64,000 nt of DNA. It comes from Candidatus Merdibacter merdavium. Lineage in GTDB: Bacteria; Bacillota_I; Bacilli_A; Erysipelotrichales; Erysipelotrichaceae. Below are positions 1-8,995 of this stretch, in pieces. The DNA lies in assembly GCA_019119715.1 (NCBI GenBank), contig DWWM01000042.1:75629-139628 (forward strand), given 5' to 3'. A model generated the notes under the pieces. The model saw only the letters and a program-made list of their open reading frames with translations. It ran no database searches and was not told where the DNA came from. The position numbers and the translations under genes are program-made. Every line of letters starts with the position of its first letter. Position 1 is the stretch's first letter.

Positions 1-389
1 TCGTGCTGATCGGAAGAGAAGATCCTGCTTACGCGCGCCATCAGGATGTGCCGTCCATAGGTAACTCGGATGTCTGTCACATCGTGCTCGATCACCGCCC
101 GCTGCAGCTGCAGGAAAACGCAGCGGCTGGTCATGACCTGCAGCTGAGCGGTCATACGCATGACGGTCAGATCTTTCCGCTGGGCACGCTGTGCGCCATG
201 ATGGGGCTCAATGAATGGGAATATGGCATGTGGACCCAGGCTGATCTTACGGCCATCGTATCCAGCGGCGCTGGCACATGGGGCTATCCGGTGCGTACCC
301 AGGGCATCAGCGAATATGTGTGTATCGATATAAAAAAAGCAGCGGATGCATGTGCATCGGCTGCTTTTACAATGCGTCCCGATAGATGA
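1..389 (+). CDS. metallophosphoesterase, C-terminal part (5' end outside window)
   Basis: The frame is open from the window edge to the stop at 387-389. LSGHTHDGQIFP is the GHTH-type metal-ligand motif of calcineurin-like phosphoesterases. Confidence 0.6.
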   Translation, partial: VLIGREDPAYARHQDVPSIGNSDVCHIVLDHRPLQLQENAAAGHDLQLSGHTHDGQIFPLGTLCAMMGLNEWEYGMWTQADLTAIVSSGAGTWGYPVRTQGISEYVCIDIKKAADACASAAFTMRPDR

Positions 390-2487
390 ACAAGAATCGC
401 TTCCAGAGAGAAAGCTGGCGGCGTTTTTTCCTCGTCTTCATCAGCAGCTCTGCCATGGCCCTGGCATCTGCCGCATCAGCATGATGGCGGGAAAACCGTG
501 CTTTCTGTGCCAGCGTGCGTGCTTCCTGCGGGATGGGCAGGCCATAGCGTGCCATCTTCTGCAATTGATGATAGCCATACAGCACGGCTTTCTGATGATC
601 TTTTTGTCGCAGGCGGCTTTTTTTCCAGGCACGCCTTGGCAGCGGCTGCAGGATGAGGAGCACGGCGGCGGCTGCAGCCGCAAGCTCTGTCATCGGCAGA
701 GCCAGGCGCTGCTCGTCTGTTCTGTCCAGGACGGCAGGCTGATCAACAGGGGAATCAGCTGGCGTATCTGGCTCACTGAGCGGTTCATCCGGTGTGTCTT
801 CTTGCTCGCCTGTTCCCGCTGCGGCTCCATATTCACTGAAATCAAACGAGGATTCCGTAAATTCAAGCGGCAGCCATCCCAGGTAAGGGTCATAGAGCTC
901 TACCCAAGCATGTTCGTTGTAATCGCGTATGGAGGCGATACCGCCGCTGAAAGCTTCCTGTCCGACCCGGAAGCCTTCTACATAGCGTGCGGGGTATCCA
1001 TAGTAGCGCAGCAGCAGCGTGGCAGCCGTCGCATAATGGACACAATATCCCTGATGGTTATCGCTGAGGAAGTATTCCACGAAATCGGTGTCTGCGGGCA
1101 GAGCGCCAGGCGTGAGCGTATATTCCGCATTGTCCCATAGAAATTCCCGGATCAAGCTGACGACCTGTGCGGTCGAGTAAGTGCGGATGGTGATCGGATC
1201 GGGCAGATCTGGCTGCCGGTCAAAAAAAGCTTCTGTCGCTTCCGGCAGCCGGGTATAGAAACGGCGGACGAAATGATCATAGCTCGGCAAGGGAACGTCG
1301 TGTGTCGCTGCCACATCCCGGTAGTTTTCCGGATCCAGATAATCCTGCTGGTCGCTGAGCAGATCGAAAGTGACTGAATCACTTTGCCCAGGACGGACAA
1401 AACGATCTTGCACGAAGGTCATCTCATCCATGTCGCGGATCCCGCTTAGATAATAAGGGATCAGCTGGTGCGCATCGTTGCCGCGCATGTCTTGGATAGT
1501 GAGCATGGGCAGATCCATGATCGTGCCGTCAGCGTAGACCGTATCGAGCGGATACTCGCTGATGATCGTCGCGACGCGGGAATAGTCATATTGCGCGCCC
1601 AGCTGTTCATCATACTCGGTTTCCGTGATGGCCTGCCATGTGTTGTCCTCATAGATGGCCATGCTCGTGTCTTTGAGATAATAAGTGTCCGGCACGGTGG
1701 CGAGCACGCGCCCGCGTGTGCTGCCGATGTACATGCGGTCTTGCGCGTCATTGAGGTCGATCTCGGTGTCGTCGTTGCGGCCGGTGACCCACTCGATGAA
1801 ATTGGTAAGGGAAGTAAGCAGCTGCTGCCGGACCCCTTCGCCGCTGCCGCTGATCTCAGCGGGCGGGATGAGGATGAGACAGAGGGCGATAGGCATGATG
1901 CATCCGGCCAGCATGAAGCATATGCGCAGCTTGCTGCGGAAGATGGCCCCAAGGCTCTGAGCCCGGGCGAACAGCATGGCGATCAGGATGAACAGCAGCG
2001 GCAGCGCGGTAACAGGCTGCGGCACGCTGTGCAGCACACAAGGCAGCAGGAAGGAGGCCAGCAGCAGGAAAGCGAGGCAGAAGTGGTTCTTCAGGCCGAT
2101 GAGCCAGTGCAGCAGCAGCGTGCCGAAGATAAACAGGCCCAGCATGACGCTCCACAGCAGCAGCTGCTCATTTCCCTGCAGGCTGTGCGTGTCCAGGCTC
2201 ATGAAATACAGCGGCGAATGCAGCCGGTATGTCTCCAGGAGCATATTGTAGAAGACTCGCAGGGCATCAAGCGTGAGCGGCAGGAAGATGAGCGCCATGG
2301 CGATCAGGATGAACAGCAGCGCAATGGTCAGCTTCAGACGGACATGCGCGCAGATCTTCATCCACAAGGCAGTGAGGATGAGCAGGAGGGAAAAGAAGAG
2401 AAACGGCAGCTCTAGAGGCTGAAAGATCAGCTGCATGTGGAGCAGCACCAGCAGCATGATGAGCGGCGCCGCCATCTTTCGGTTCAT
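367..2487 (-). CDS. polytopic membrane transglutaminase-like protein
   Basis: Lies in ORF 367..2532. The N-terminal half is a series of hydrophobic helices. The C-terminal half carries the transglutaminase core GYCVHYATAATLLLRYYGYPARYVEGF ... EHAWVELY. Start placed at ATG 2487, with AAGGAGGTG 8 nt upstream and an ATGA overlap with the DUF58 stop. Confidence 0.8.
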   Translation of the reverse strand: MNRKMAAPLIMLLVLLHMQLIFQPLELPFLFFSLLLILTALWMKICAHVRLKLTIALLFILIAMALIFLPLTLDALRVFYNMLLETYRLHSPLYFMSLDTHSLQGNEQLLLWSVMLGLFIFGTLLLHWLIGLKNHFCLAFLLLASFLLPCVLHSVPQPVTALPLLFILIAMLFARAQSLGAIFRSKLRICFMLAGCIMPIALCLILIPPAEISGSGEGVRQQLLTSLTNFIEWVTGRNDDTEIDLNDAQDRMYIGSTRGRVLATVPDTYYLKDTSMAIYEDNTWQAITETEYDEQLGAQYDYSRVATIISEYPLDTVYADGTIMDLPMLTIQDMRGNDAHQLIPYYLSGIRDMDEMTFVQDRFVRPGQSDSVTFDLLSDQQDYLDPENYRDVAATHDVPLPSYDHFVRRFYTRLPEATEAFFDRQPDLPDPITIRTYSTAQVVSLIREFLWDNAEYTLTPGALPADTDFVEYFLSDNHQGYCVHYATAATLLLRYYGYPARYVEGFRVGQEAFSGGIASIRDYNEHAWVELYDPYLGWLPLEFTESSFDFSEYGAAAGTGEQEDTPDEPLSEPDTPADSPVDQPAVLDRTDEQRLALPMTELAAAAAAVLLILQPLPRRAWKKSRLRQKDHQKAVLYGYHQLQKMARYGLPIPQEARTLAQKARFSRHHADAADARAMAELLMKTRKKRRQLSLWKRFLFIYRDAL

Positions 2488-3407
2488 GCGCGTGTCACCT
2501 CCTTCATCACGGTGTCCGCGTTCAGCAGCCATCCGCTGCCTTTCTCAGCGAAAGCGATGGCCGCGCGGGGATGCGAAAGGATCCGGACGAGGCATTCGCT
2601 GAGATCGTTTTCGTTGGTGATCTCCATGCGGCAAAGCTGTTCGCCGCTGTACCAGGATACGCGGATGCGGGCAGACATATTGAGCAGAGCGGCCGCAAAG
2701 GTGCGGAAGCGGCTGAGCGTGCGTGCGCAATCTGCGATCTCGCCGCTCAGCTCGAGACGGATGTCATGCTCTTGGCGCAAGTCATTTTCAAATTCGCGCA
2801 CCATGAGCTTGCCGCATTTGTAACTGAGCTTCTGATGGATCCATTTCAGTGAATCACCCTGGCGATATTCGCGCACTTCGTGTTTGTCGCGCCATTCTCC
2901 TTGCTTGCGGCTGACCGCCTGCATATGGTCGATGAACACGCGTTCCATGGCGGTTTCCGGCTGCGGCGCAGGGACTTGCAGGACGAAGGTCTGTGCATCA
3001 CAAGAGAGCTTTCTGCAAAACAGATGCAGACAGTCGTACATGCGCGCCTCCTTCACGCTGACGCTGATCATGCCTGGCTCGCTGTCCAGCGTCAATGCGT
3101 TCTGCGTGCACTGCAGACGATGGGTCTGGGTAAAGCGGTTGTCTGTTTCGAAGGTGATGTGCAATTTACCGATGGGGAAGCACGGTCTGTGCTCAGGGAC
3201 AAAGCGCACATGGTCGCCGTCATGTTCGAGACGGGCGCTGAGCTGCCTTTTTCCCAGCCGCAATGCCAGCAGGGAAAGCGCAGGCAGGACGAGCATGAGC
3301 ACACAGAGCAGGAAGAAGAAGTAGCTGTCGCTTCCTAAAAAGAAACCGAGGTTCAGCAGCGTCAGGCCCAGCCAGGACAGCCATCCTGACCACAGCGGAT
3401 GCCTCAT
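2484..3407 (-). CDS. DUF58 domain protein (MoxR-associated)
   Basis: VREYRQGDSLKWIHQKLSYKCGKLMVREFE fits the DUF58 signature. There are N-terminal TM helices and ATGA start/stop overlaps with both neighbours. Confidence 0.75.
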   Translation of the reverse strand: MRHPLWSGWLSWLGLTLLNLGFFLGSDSYFFFLLCVLMLVLPALSLLALRLGKRQLSARLEHDGDHVRFVPEHRPCFPIGKLHITFETDNRFTQTHRLQCTQNALTLDSEPGMISVSVKEARMYDCLHLFCRKLSCDAQTFVLQVPAPQPETAMERVFIDHMQAVSRKQGEWRDKHEVREYRQGDSLKWIHQKLSYKCGKLMVREFENDLRQEHDIRLELSGEIADCARTLSRFRTFAAALLNMSARIRVSWYSGEQLCRMEITNENDLSECLVRILSHPRAAIAFAEKGSGWLLNADTVMKEVTRA

Positions 3408-4324
3408 AGCAGGGGCTGCGCCGTCTTGCGCAGGATCTCATCGAGAATAGCGCCGGCTGCGCCGGCATCATGGCCGTTTTCACCTTTCAAGGTGATGCGG
3501 TGGCCCATGATCTCATGAAACATGAACAAGATATCTTCGGGCACGATGTAGTCGCGGCCTTGTGTCCAGGCGCGCACCCGCGCGGCGGCAGCCAGCGCGA
3601 TTCCGGCGCGCGGGCTCGCACCGGAGGCGATGGACGCATGGACACGGGTAGCCTGGACAAGCTCCACGATATAACGATAAAGATCATCATGCACATATAC
3701 TTTCTGGCATTGTTCCTGCATGTCGATGATGTCTTCGGCAGCTGCGACCGGCTGTACCTCGGCGCTGCCCGCTTCTTTGCTTTTCAGGATGCGGATCTCG
3801 CTTTCGGTGTCAGGATAGCCGCTGTGCAGGCGGATCATGAAGCGTTCCAGCTGGCTGTCCGGAAGCAGCTGTGTGCCGGCGGAACCAGCAGGGTTCTGCG
3901 TAGCGATCACGATGAAAGGGGACTTGGCCGGATAAGTGACCCCATCTACGGTGATGCGGTTTTCTTCCATGACTTCGAGCAGGGCCGCCTGGGTGCGGCT
4001 GGAGGTGCGGTTGATCTCATCAGCGAGGAAGATGTTGCAGAAGATGGCGCCGGGATGCAGCTTAGGTTCACCGCTGTCATGGTCGATGGCCATGAAGCCG
4101 ATGACATCGCTGGGCAGCACGTCGACGGTAAACTGCATGCGACGGGTCTGCAGCGACATTGCCGCCGCGAAGGCGCGGGCCATCGTCGTCTTGCCTACGC
4201 CAGGAATGTCTTCGAGCAGGATATGTCCTCTGGCCAGGATGGCCGTCAATATTTTTTCCAGCTGGTCATCTTTGCCGATGACTGCTTTTTTTACTTCATT
4301 CAGGATCGATCGATATCTGTTCAT
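3404..4324 (-). CDS. MoxR-family AAA+ ATPase
   Basis: Walker A is DIPGVGKT, Walker B is FLADEINR, followed by IATQNP. The 306-aa size is typical of MoxR. Confidence 0.9.
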   Translation of the reverse strand: MNRYRSILNEVKKAVIGKDDQLEKILTAILARGHILLEDIPGVGKTTMARAFAAAMSLQTRRMQFTVDVLPSDVIGFMAIDHDSGEPKLHPGAIFCNIFLADEINRTSSRTQAALLEVMEENRITVDGVTYPAKSPFIVIATQNPAGSAGTQLLPDSQLERFMIRLHSGYPDTESEIRILKSKEAGSAEVQPVAAAEDIIDMQEQCQKVYVHDDLYRYIVELVQATRVHASIASGASPRAGIALAAAARVRAWTQGRDYIVPEDILFMFHEIMGHRITLKGENGHDAGAAGAILDEILRKTAQPLL

Positions 4325-4434
4325 CTTTTCACTTTGGCCAAACGATGCGCGCCGGCCTTTCTCCTTTCTGATTTTAGTTTATCGTAGAAATCATACAGGT
4401 CAATGAAAATATTGTAAAATGTCATGAAAGCGAT

Positions 4435-4461
4435 GAAAAAACCGGCTTTAGCTTGCCGGTT
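4435..4461 (-). terminator. rho-independent terminator after treC
   Basis: Minus strand reads AACCGGC-AAGCTAAA-GCCGGTT followed by TTTTT. The 5' arm overlaps the last treC codons. Confidence 0.6.
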
Positions 4462-6106
4462 CGTTTCGATAGAGCACGAATGATTCATAAGGGCGCAGCT
4501 GCATCGTGGCAGTTGGCGCGGTGTCTTCGTAGTTGGACAGCAGCAGCGTGTAACCATCAAGCGCCTTGTCCAGCACGATCTCACATGGCTTTCCATAGAA
4601 GTTGCAGATGACGATGAGCTTTTCTTCATCGAGGATGCGGCCATAAGCGAAGACAGCGGGATGATCTTCCAGCATCGGGACAAAGCGTCCTTCTGCGATC
4701 ACCGCAAGATCCTTGCGCAGCTGGATGAGTTTCTGATAGTGATGGAAGATCGAATCCGGATCTTTCAGATTTGCTTCGACGTTGACGTGCGGGTAATTGG
4801 CGCAAAGCGGGATCCATGGCTCGCCTTCGCTGAAGCCTGCATTCTGCTGCGCGTTCCATTGCATCGGGGTGCGGGCATTGTCACGGGAACGCTCTTGCAG
4901 GATATGAAGCACTTCAGCTTCGCGCATGCCTTTGTCAGTGAGGATCTTGTGAATGTTGAGGCTTTCGACATCCCGGTATTGGCTGATGTCGGTGAAATAG
5001 GCATTGGTCATGCCGATCTCTTCGCCCTGATATACATAAGGGGTGCCGCGCAGACAGTGGATGGCGGTCGCGAGCATCTTGGCGGACTGTTTCGGATAAT
5101 TTTTGTCATCGCCAAAGCGTGAGATGGCGCGGGGCTGATCATGGTTGCACCAGAACAGCGCGTTCCAGGCAGCCGCGTCCTGCATGTCGACCTGCCAGTC
5201 GATGAGCAGGCGCTTGAGCTCCATGAAATTGAAGTCCATGAGCTCCCACTTCTGTTTGTTGCGGTAATCGACCTTCAGGTGATGGAAGGAAAAGACGCTG
5301 GAGAGCTCGCCGCTCTTGGCGCCGGAATAGCGCACGCAGTTGGCGATGGTGGTGCTGCTCATCTCGCCGACGGTCATCGATTCGGGATCCTGACCGAAGC
5401 TGGCGCGATTGAGCTCGTGCAGATATTCGTGCACGCGCGGCCCATCGGTGTAAAACTGCCGTCCGTCAAGCTGATCAGGATCATCTTCGTAGGCTGCCTT
5501 GGAGATCAGGTTCACGACATCGAAGCGGAAGCCATGCACGCCCTTGCCGCGCCAGAAGTTGACGATGTCGGCAAGCTCAGCGCGTACCTGTGGATTTTCC
5601 CAGTTGAGGTCGGCCTGTGTTACGTCGAACAGATGCAAGTAGTATTCGTCAAAGGCTTCCACGTATTCCCAGGCTGGACCGCCGAACTTGGATTGCCAGT
5701 TGGTCGGCGCGCTGCCATCCGGCTTTCCTTTGCGGAAGATATAATAGTCTTTGTATCTTTGCTCGCCTTTCAGGGCGCGCTGGAACCATTCGTGCTGCGT
5801 GGAGGTGTGGTTGAACACCATATCGAGCATGATGTCGATGCCGCGCTTCTTGGCTTCCTGGCAGAGAAGCTCAAAGTCTTCCATCGTGCCATAGCGCGGA
5901 TCGATGCGGCGGTAATCCGCAACGTCGTAGCCATTGTCGCGCTGCGGGGAAACGAACATGGCATTGAACCAGATATAGCCGATGCCCAGCTCTCGCAGAT
6001 AATCAAGGCGAGAGATGACGCCCTTCAGATCGCCCCAGCCGTCCGCGTTGCTGTCGCAGAATGACTTGGGATAGATCTGGTAAACGGTCTTGTGTGAATG
6101 TTTCAT
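4448..6106 (-). CDS. treC: alpha,alpha-phosphotrehalase (trehalose-6-phosphate hydrolase), GH13
   Basis: GH13 blocks are present: MLDMVFNHTS, GFRFDVVNLI, TVGEMS, FWCNHDQPR. It lies directly downstream of a PTS EIIBCA gene and a GntR/HutC regulator. Confidence 0.85.
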   Translation of the reverse strand: MKHSHKTVYQIYPKSFCDSNADGWGDLKGVISRLDYLRELGIGYIWFNAMFVSPQRDNGYDVADYRRIDPRYGTMEDFELLCQEAKKRGIDIMLDMVFNHTSTQHEWFQRALKGEQRYKDYYIFRKGKPDGSAPTNWQSKFGGPAWEYVEAFDEYYLHLFDVTQADLNWENPQVRAELADIVNFWRGKGVHGFRFDVVNLISKAAYEDDPDQLDGRQFYTDGPRVHEYLHELNRASFGQDPESMTVGEMSSTTIANCVRYSGAKSGELSSVFSFHHLKVDYRNKQKWELMDFNFMELKRLLIDWQVDMQDAAAWNALFWCNHDQPRAISRFGDDKNYPKQSAKMLATAIHCLRGTPYVYQGEEIGMTNAYFTDISQYRDVESLNIHKILTDKGMREAEVLHILQERSRDNARTPMQWNAQQNAGFSEGEPWIPLCANYPHVNVEANLKDPDSIFHHYQKLIQLRKDLAVIAEGRFVPMLEDHPAVFAYGRILDEEKLIVICNFYGKPCEIVLDKALDGYTLLLSNYEDTAPTATMQLRPYESFVLYRNEPAS

Positions 6107-6116
6107 ATTGCTCCTC

Positions 6117-8021
6117 CTATTCGATATCGATCAGATCTTCTTCCAGCTCATGCACGATGCCTTGCTTCCTCAGCGTGATCTTTTGTCCGCTGGTGAAGAT
6201 GACCGGGGTGATGAGCGGTTTGTTCTGGCCGCGGATGTAGTCTGTGTCGATTTCACAGATCACATCGCCTTTGTTCACGATGTCCCCGACCTGCACATGC
6301 GGGGTGAAGCCTTTTCCATCAAGCTCTACGGTATCCATGCCGATGTGGATCAGGATCTCTAAGCCATTGCTGCACTGGATGCCATAGGCGTGATGGGTCG
6401 GGAAGCAGACGATGATCTTGCCGTTGACAGGAGAAAGGATGCGTCTGCCGCTGAGATCGATCGCAAAGCCGTCTCCCATCGCTTTGGACGCGAATGCCTG
6501 ATCCTGCACGGATCCTAATGGGATCAGGGTGCCTGCTGCCGGCGCGGCGAAGCCATCAAAAGGCTTTGCTTCAGATTCTGATGCTTCGATCGTTTCCTGG
6601 ACGCCTAGCTCCTTGGCGGAAAGCTTGCGGCTGCCGATGATGAGGGTGAGCAAGAAAGGGATGATGATGGCGATTGCCATCGCGATCAGGAAGGGAATAT
6701 AAAATTCAGGCTGGATCGAGATGATGCCGGGCAGTCCGCCGACCCCGATGCTGAAGGCCTTGACGCCGCAGCCGACGGAGACCATGGCGGCGATGGCAGA
6801 GCCGATCATGCCGCAGACGAGGGGAAAGCCATATTTCAGGTTGACACCGAAGAGCGCCGGTTCAGTGACGCCGAGGTAGCAGGAGATGCAGGCAGGGACG
6901 TTGACCTGCTGAGCGCGTTCGTTCTTTTTCTGCAAGAGGCTCATGGCCAGGACGCTGGAGCCTTGCGCGATGTTGCTCAGCGCGATCATCGGCCACAGGA
7001 TGGTGCCGCCATACAATGTGGAGAGCTGTGTATCGATGGCATTGGTCATATGATGCAGGCCGGTCATGACGATCGGTGCGTAAAGCAGGCCGAACACGCC
7101 GGCGAACAATACGCCGAAGGGACTCATCAGACCGTTGTAGACGACATCAGCGATGAAGTTGCCGATGGTCCATCCGATCGGACCGACGATGGTATGTGCG
7201 ATGATGACGGCCGGAACCAGCGAACAAAATGGGACGACGATCATGCTGATGACGGCCGGGCAGTGCTTGCGGAAGAACTTCTCCAGGAAAACGAGGACAA
7301 AGCCGGCCATCATGGCCGCGATGACCTGGCCTTGATAGCCGATCATCTGGACTTGCGCGAAGCCAAAGTCCCATACCGGGATGTCTGCAGCCGGTGTGCT
7401 GGCGACGGAAAAGCCGTTGAGCAGCTGTGGGGAGATAAGGGTCAGTCCCAGGACGATGCCCAGCATCTGGGTGGTGCCCATCTTCTTAGCGATGGACCAG
7501 ACGATACCTACCGGCAGCATGTGGAAAACGGCCTCGCCGATCAGCCACAGGAAGCTGTATGTGCCAGCCCAGAACTGAGAGGTGTCTGCCAGTGTCTGAC
7601 CATTGAAGATCGGCAGCTCGCCGATGATGTTGCGAAAGCCCAGGATGAGACCGCCGCAGATCAGGGCAGGGATGATCGGGGCAAAGATCTCGCCCAGGGC
7701 GCCCATGATGCGCTGCAGCAGTGTCTGGTTGGTCTTGGCGGCGCTCTTTACCGCGTCCTTCGATACGCCTTCGATGCCGGCGATGGCGGTGAACTCATTG
7801 TAAAAATCGCTGACTTCGTTGCCGATGATGACCTGAAACTGGCCGGATTGCGTGAATGTGCCCTTGGCACTGGGGATCGATTCGATCTTGTCAACATCTG
7901 CTTTGTCTGGATCGGCCAGTACGAAACGCATGCGTGTGACGCAGTGTGATACGGCGTTGATGTTTTCTTTGCCGCCAACATACTCCAAAAGGAGCTTGGC
8001 ATCTTCGGTGAATTTACCCAT
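6117..8021 (-). CDS. treP: PTS trehalose-type transporter, fused EIIB-EIIC-EIIA
   Basis: EIIB motif NAVSHCVTRMRF, a long EIIC membrane core, and a C-terminal EIIA-Glc domain (IHIGMDTVELDGKGF). Confidence 0.85.
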   Translation of the reverse strand: MGKFTEDAKLLLEYVGGKENINAVSHCVTRMRFVLADPDKADVDKIESIPSAKGTFTQSGQFQVIIGNEVSDFYNEFTAIAGIEGVSKDAVKSAAKTNQTLLQRIMGALGEIFAPIIPALICGGLILGFRNIIGELPIFNGQTLADTSQFWAGTYSFLWLIGEAVFHMLPVGIVWSIAKKMGTTQMLGIVLGLTLISPQLLNGFSVASTPAADIPVWDFGFAQVQMIGYQGQVIAAMMAGFVLVFLEKFFRKHCPAVISMIVVPFCSLVPAVIIAHTIVGPIGWTIGNFIADVVYNGLMSPFGVLFAGVFGLLYAPIVMTGLHHMTNAIDTQLSTLYGGTILWPMIALSNIAQGSSVLAMSLLQKKNERAQQVNVPACISCYLGVTEPALFGVNLKYGFPLVCGMIGSAIAAMVSVGCGVKAFSIGVGGLPGIISIQPEFYIPFLIAMAIAIIIPFLLTLIIGSRKLSAKELGVQETIEASESEAKPFDGFAAPAAGTLIPLGSVQDQAFASKAMGDGFAIDLSGRRILSPVNGKIIVCFPTHHAYGIQCSNGLEILIHIGMDTVELDGKGFTPHVQVGDIVNKGDVICEIDTDYIRGQNKPLITPVIFTSGQKITLRKQGIVHELEEDLIDIE

Positions 8022-8039
8022 CTTTTGTTCCTTCTGTCA

Positions 8040-8093
8040 ACATATACGTACATCTTATGGAGATACTATAACATGTACGTACATGTGTGTCGA
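8040..8093 (-). promoter_or_regulatory. treP promoter with two TreR-type operators
   Basis: Minus strand reads TCGACA-17-TATAGT (-35 at 8088..8093, -10 at 8065..8070). The 17-nt spacer is filled by the perfect 16-bp palindrome ACATGTACGTACATGT (8071..8086). A second near-copy, ACATATACGTACATCT, lies at 8040..8055 just downstream. Confidence 0.6.
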
Positions 8094-8100
8094 CAACAAA

Positions 8101-8114
8101 TGATATCGTTTTCA
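8101..8114. promoter_or_regulatory. cre (CcpA) site candidate
   Basis: TGATATCGTTTTCA fits TGWNANCGNTNWCA at every constrained position. It sits between the treR terminator and the treP promoter. Confidence 0.5.
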
Positions 8115-8141
8115 TCAAAAAAAACATCCACAGCGGGATGT
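8115..8141 (-). terminator. terminator after treR
   Basis: Minus strand reads ACATCC-CGCTGT-GGATGT followed by a T8 run, immediately after the treR stop. Confidence 0.6.
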
Positions 8142-8857
8142 CAGGCTTTTTGCTCACGGCGGGCGAAATCGATGAAACGAAAACGGTCAGGGCGATGTCG
8201 GGAGGATGTGTACTGAAAGATGCGGGCATCATCCAGGTATGTGCATGATTCCACGCTGACGACCATATTGTAATGATGCAGGTCAAGCACTTGCTCATCG
8301 AGACCGCTGATGTTCTGACAGGTGATCTCTTTGCGCGCATAGGCGATGGTGAGGTGCAGCGTGTCTTCGATATATTCATAGAGAGAATCTTGCGCGATCG
8401 TCCTCGTGAGCCCGGGGATGATCTCAGCGTTGAGGATGTCGGTGTCCAAGATGACCGCTTCGTTGCTGATGCGGCGCACGCGCTGGATGAACCAGACTTC
8501 TTCCTCGCTGCGCATCTGCAGGATGGAAGCGATGCGGGCATCCGGGTGTATCTTTTCAAAGCAGATGACTTCTGTGCTTACTGGCTCGTGCATCGCGCTG
8601 GCCACTTCTTTGAAGCTGATCACGCCGGAAAGGGGAAAGTCAAAGCGATTAAAATCAAGCACGATGCTGCCGCGGCCTTGTGACTTCTGGATATAGCCGT
8701 TCTGAGCCAGCAGCTGCAGCGCTTTGCGCACGGTATCGCGAGAAACGCTGAATTGCTTCATGAGCTCAAATTCCCCAGGCAGGGTATCACCGACCGCATA
8801 TAAGCCGTTTTCGATGCTGTTCAGGATCTTATGATAGATTTGTTCATATTTTGACAT
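8141..8857 (-). CDS. treR: GntR/HutC-family trehalose operon repressor
   Basis: N-terminal winged helix (LPGEFELMKQFSVSRDTVRKALQLL) plus a UTRA-like C-terminal domain. Start placed at MSKYEQ (ATG 8857), 6 nt after AGGAGG. The ORF-track start at 8890 lacks an SD. Confidence 0.85.
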   Translation of the reverse strand: MSKYEQIYHKILNSIENGLYAVGDTLPGEFELMKQFSVSRDTVRKALQLLAQNGYIQKSQGRGSIVLDFNRFDFPLSGVISFKEVASAMHEPVSTEVICFEKIHPDARIASILQMRSEEEVWFIQRVRRISNEAVILDTDILNAEIIPGLTRTIAQDSLYEYIEDTLHLTIAYARKEITCQNISGLDEQVLDLHHYNMVVSVESCTYLDDARIFQYTSSRHRPDRFRFIDFARREQKA

Positions 8858-8880
8858 GTCTGCACCTCCTGATACGGAAT

Positions 8881-8909
8881 ATCTTACCATGTACGTACAA
8901 GATGGTCAA
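8881..8909 (-). promoter_or_regulatory. treR promoter with embedded operator (autoregulation)
   Basis: Minus strand reads TTGACC-17-TAAGAT. The spacer contains the palindromic core TGTACGTACA (8890..8899), identical to the core of the treP operators. Confidence 0.55.
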
Positions 8910-8954
8910 TGCAGCGTAACACTTTTGTAAGACTGGGAATACAGTGCTGTTTCA

Positions 8955-8963
8955 TGATATAAT
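8955..8963 (+). promoter_or_regulatory. extended -10 element upstream of the vanZ-like gene
   Basis: TGATATAAT (TGnTATAAT) lies 33 nt upstream of the ATG at 8996. Confidence 0.4.
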
Positions 8964-8995
8964 GAACGAAAAAGAAGGGAAAGAGGGGAAACACG

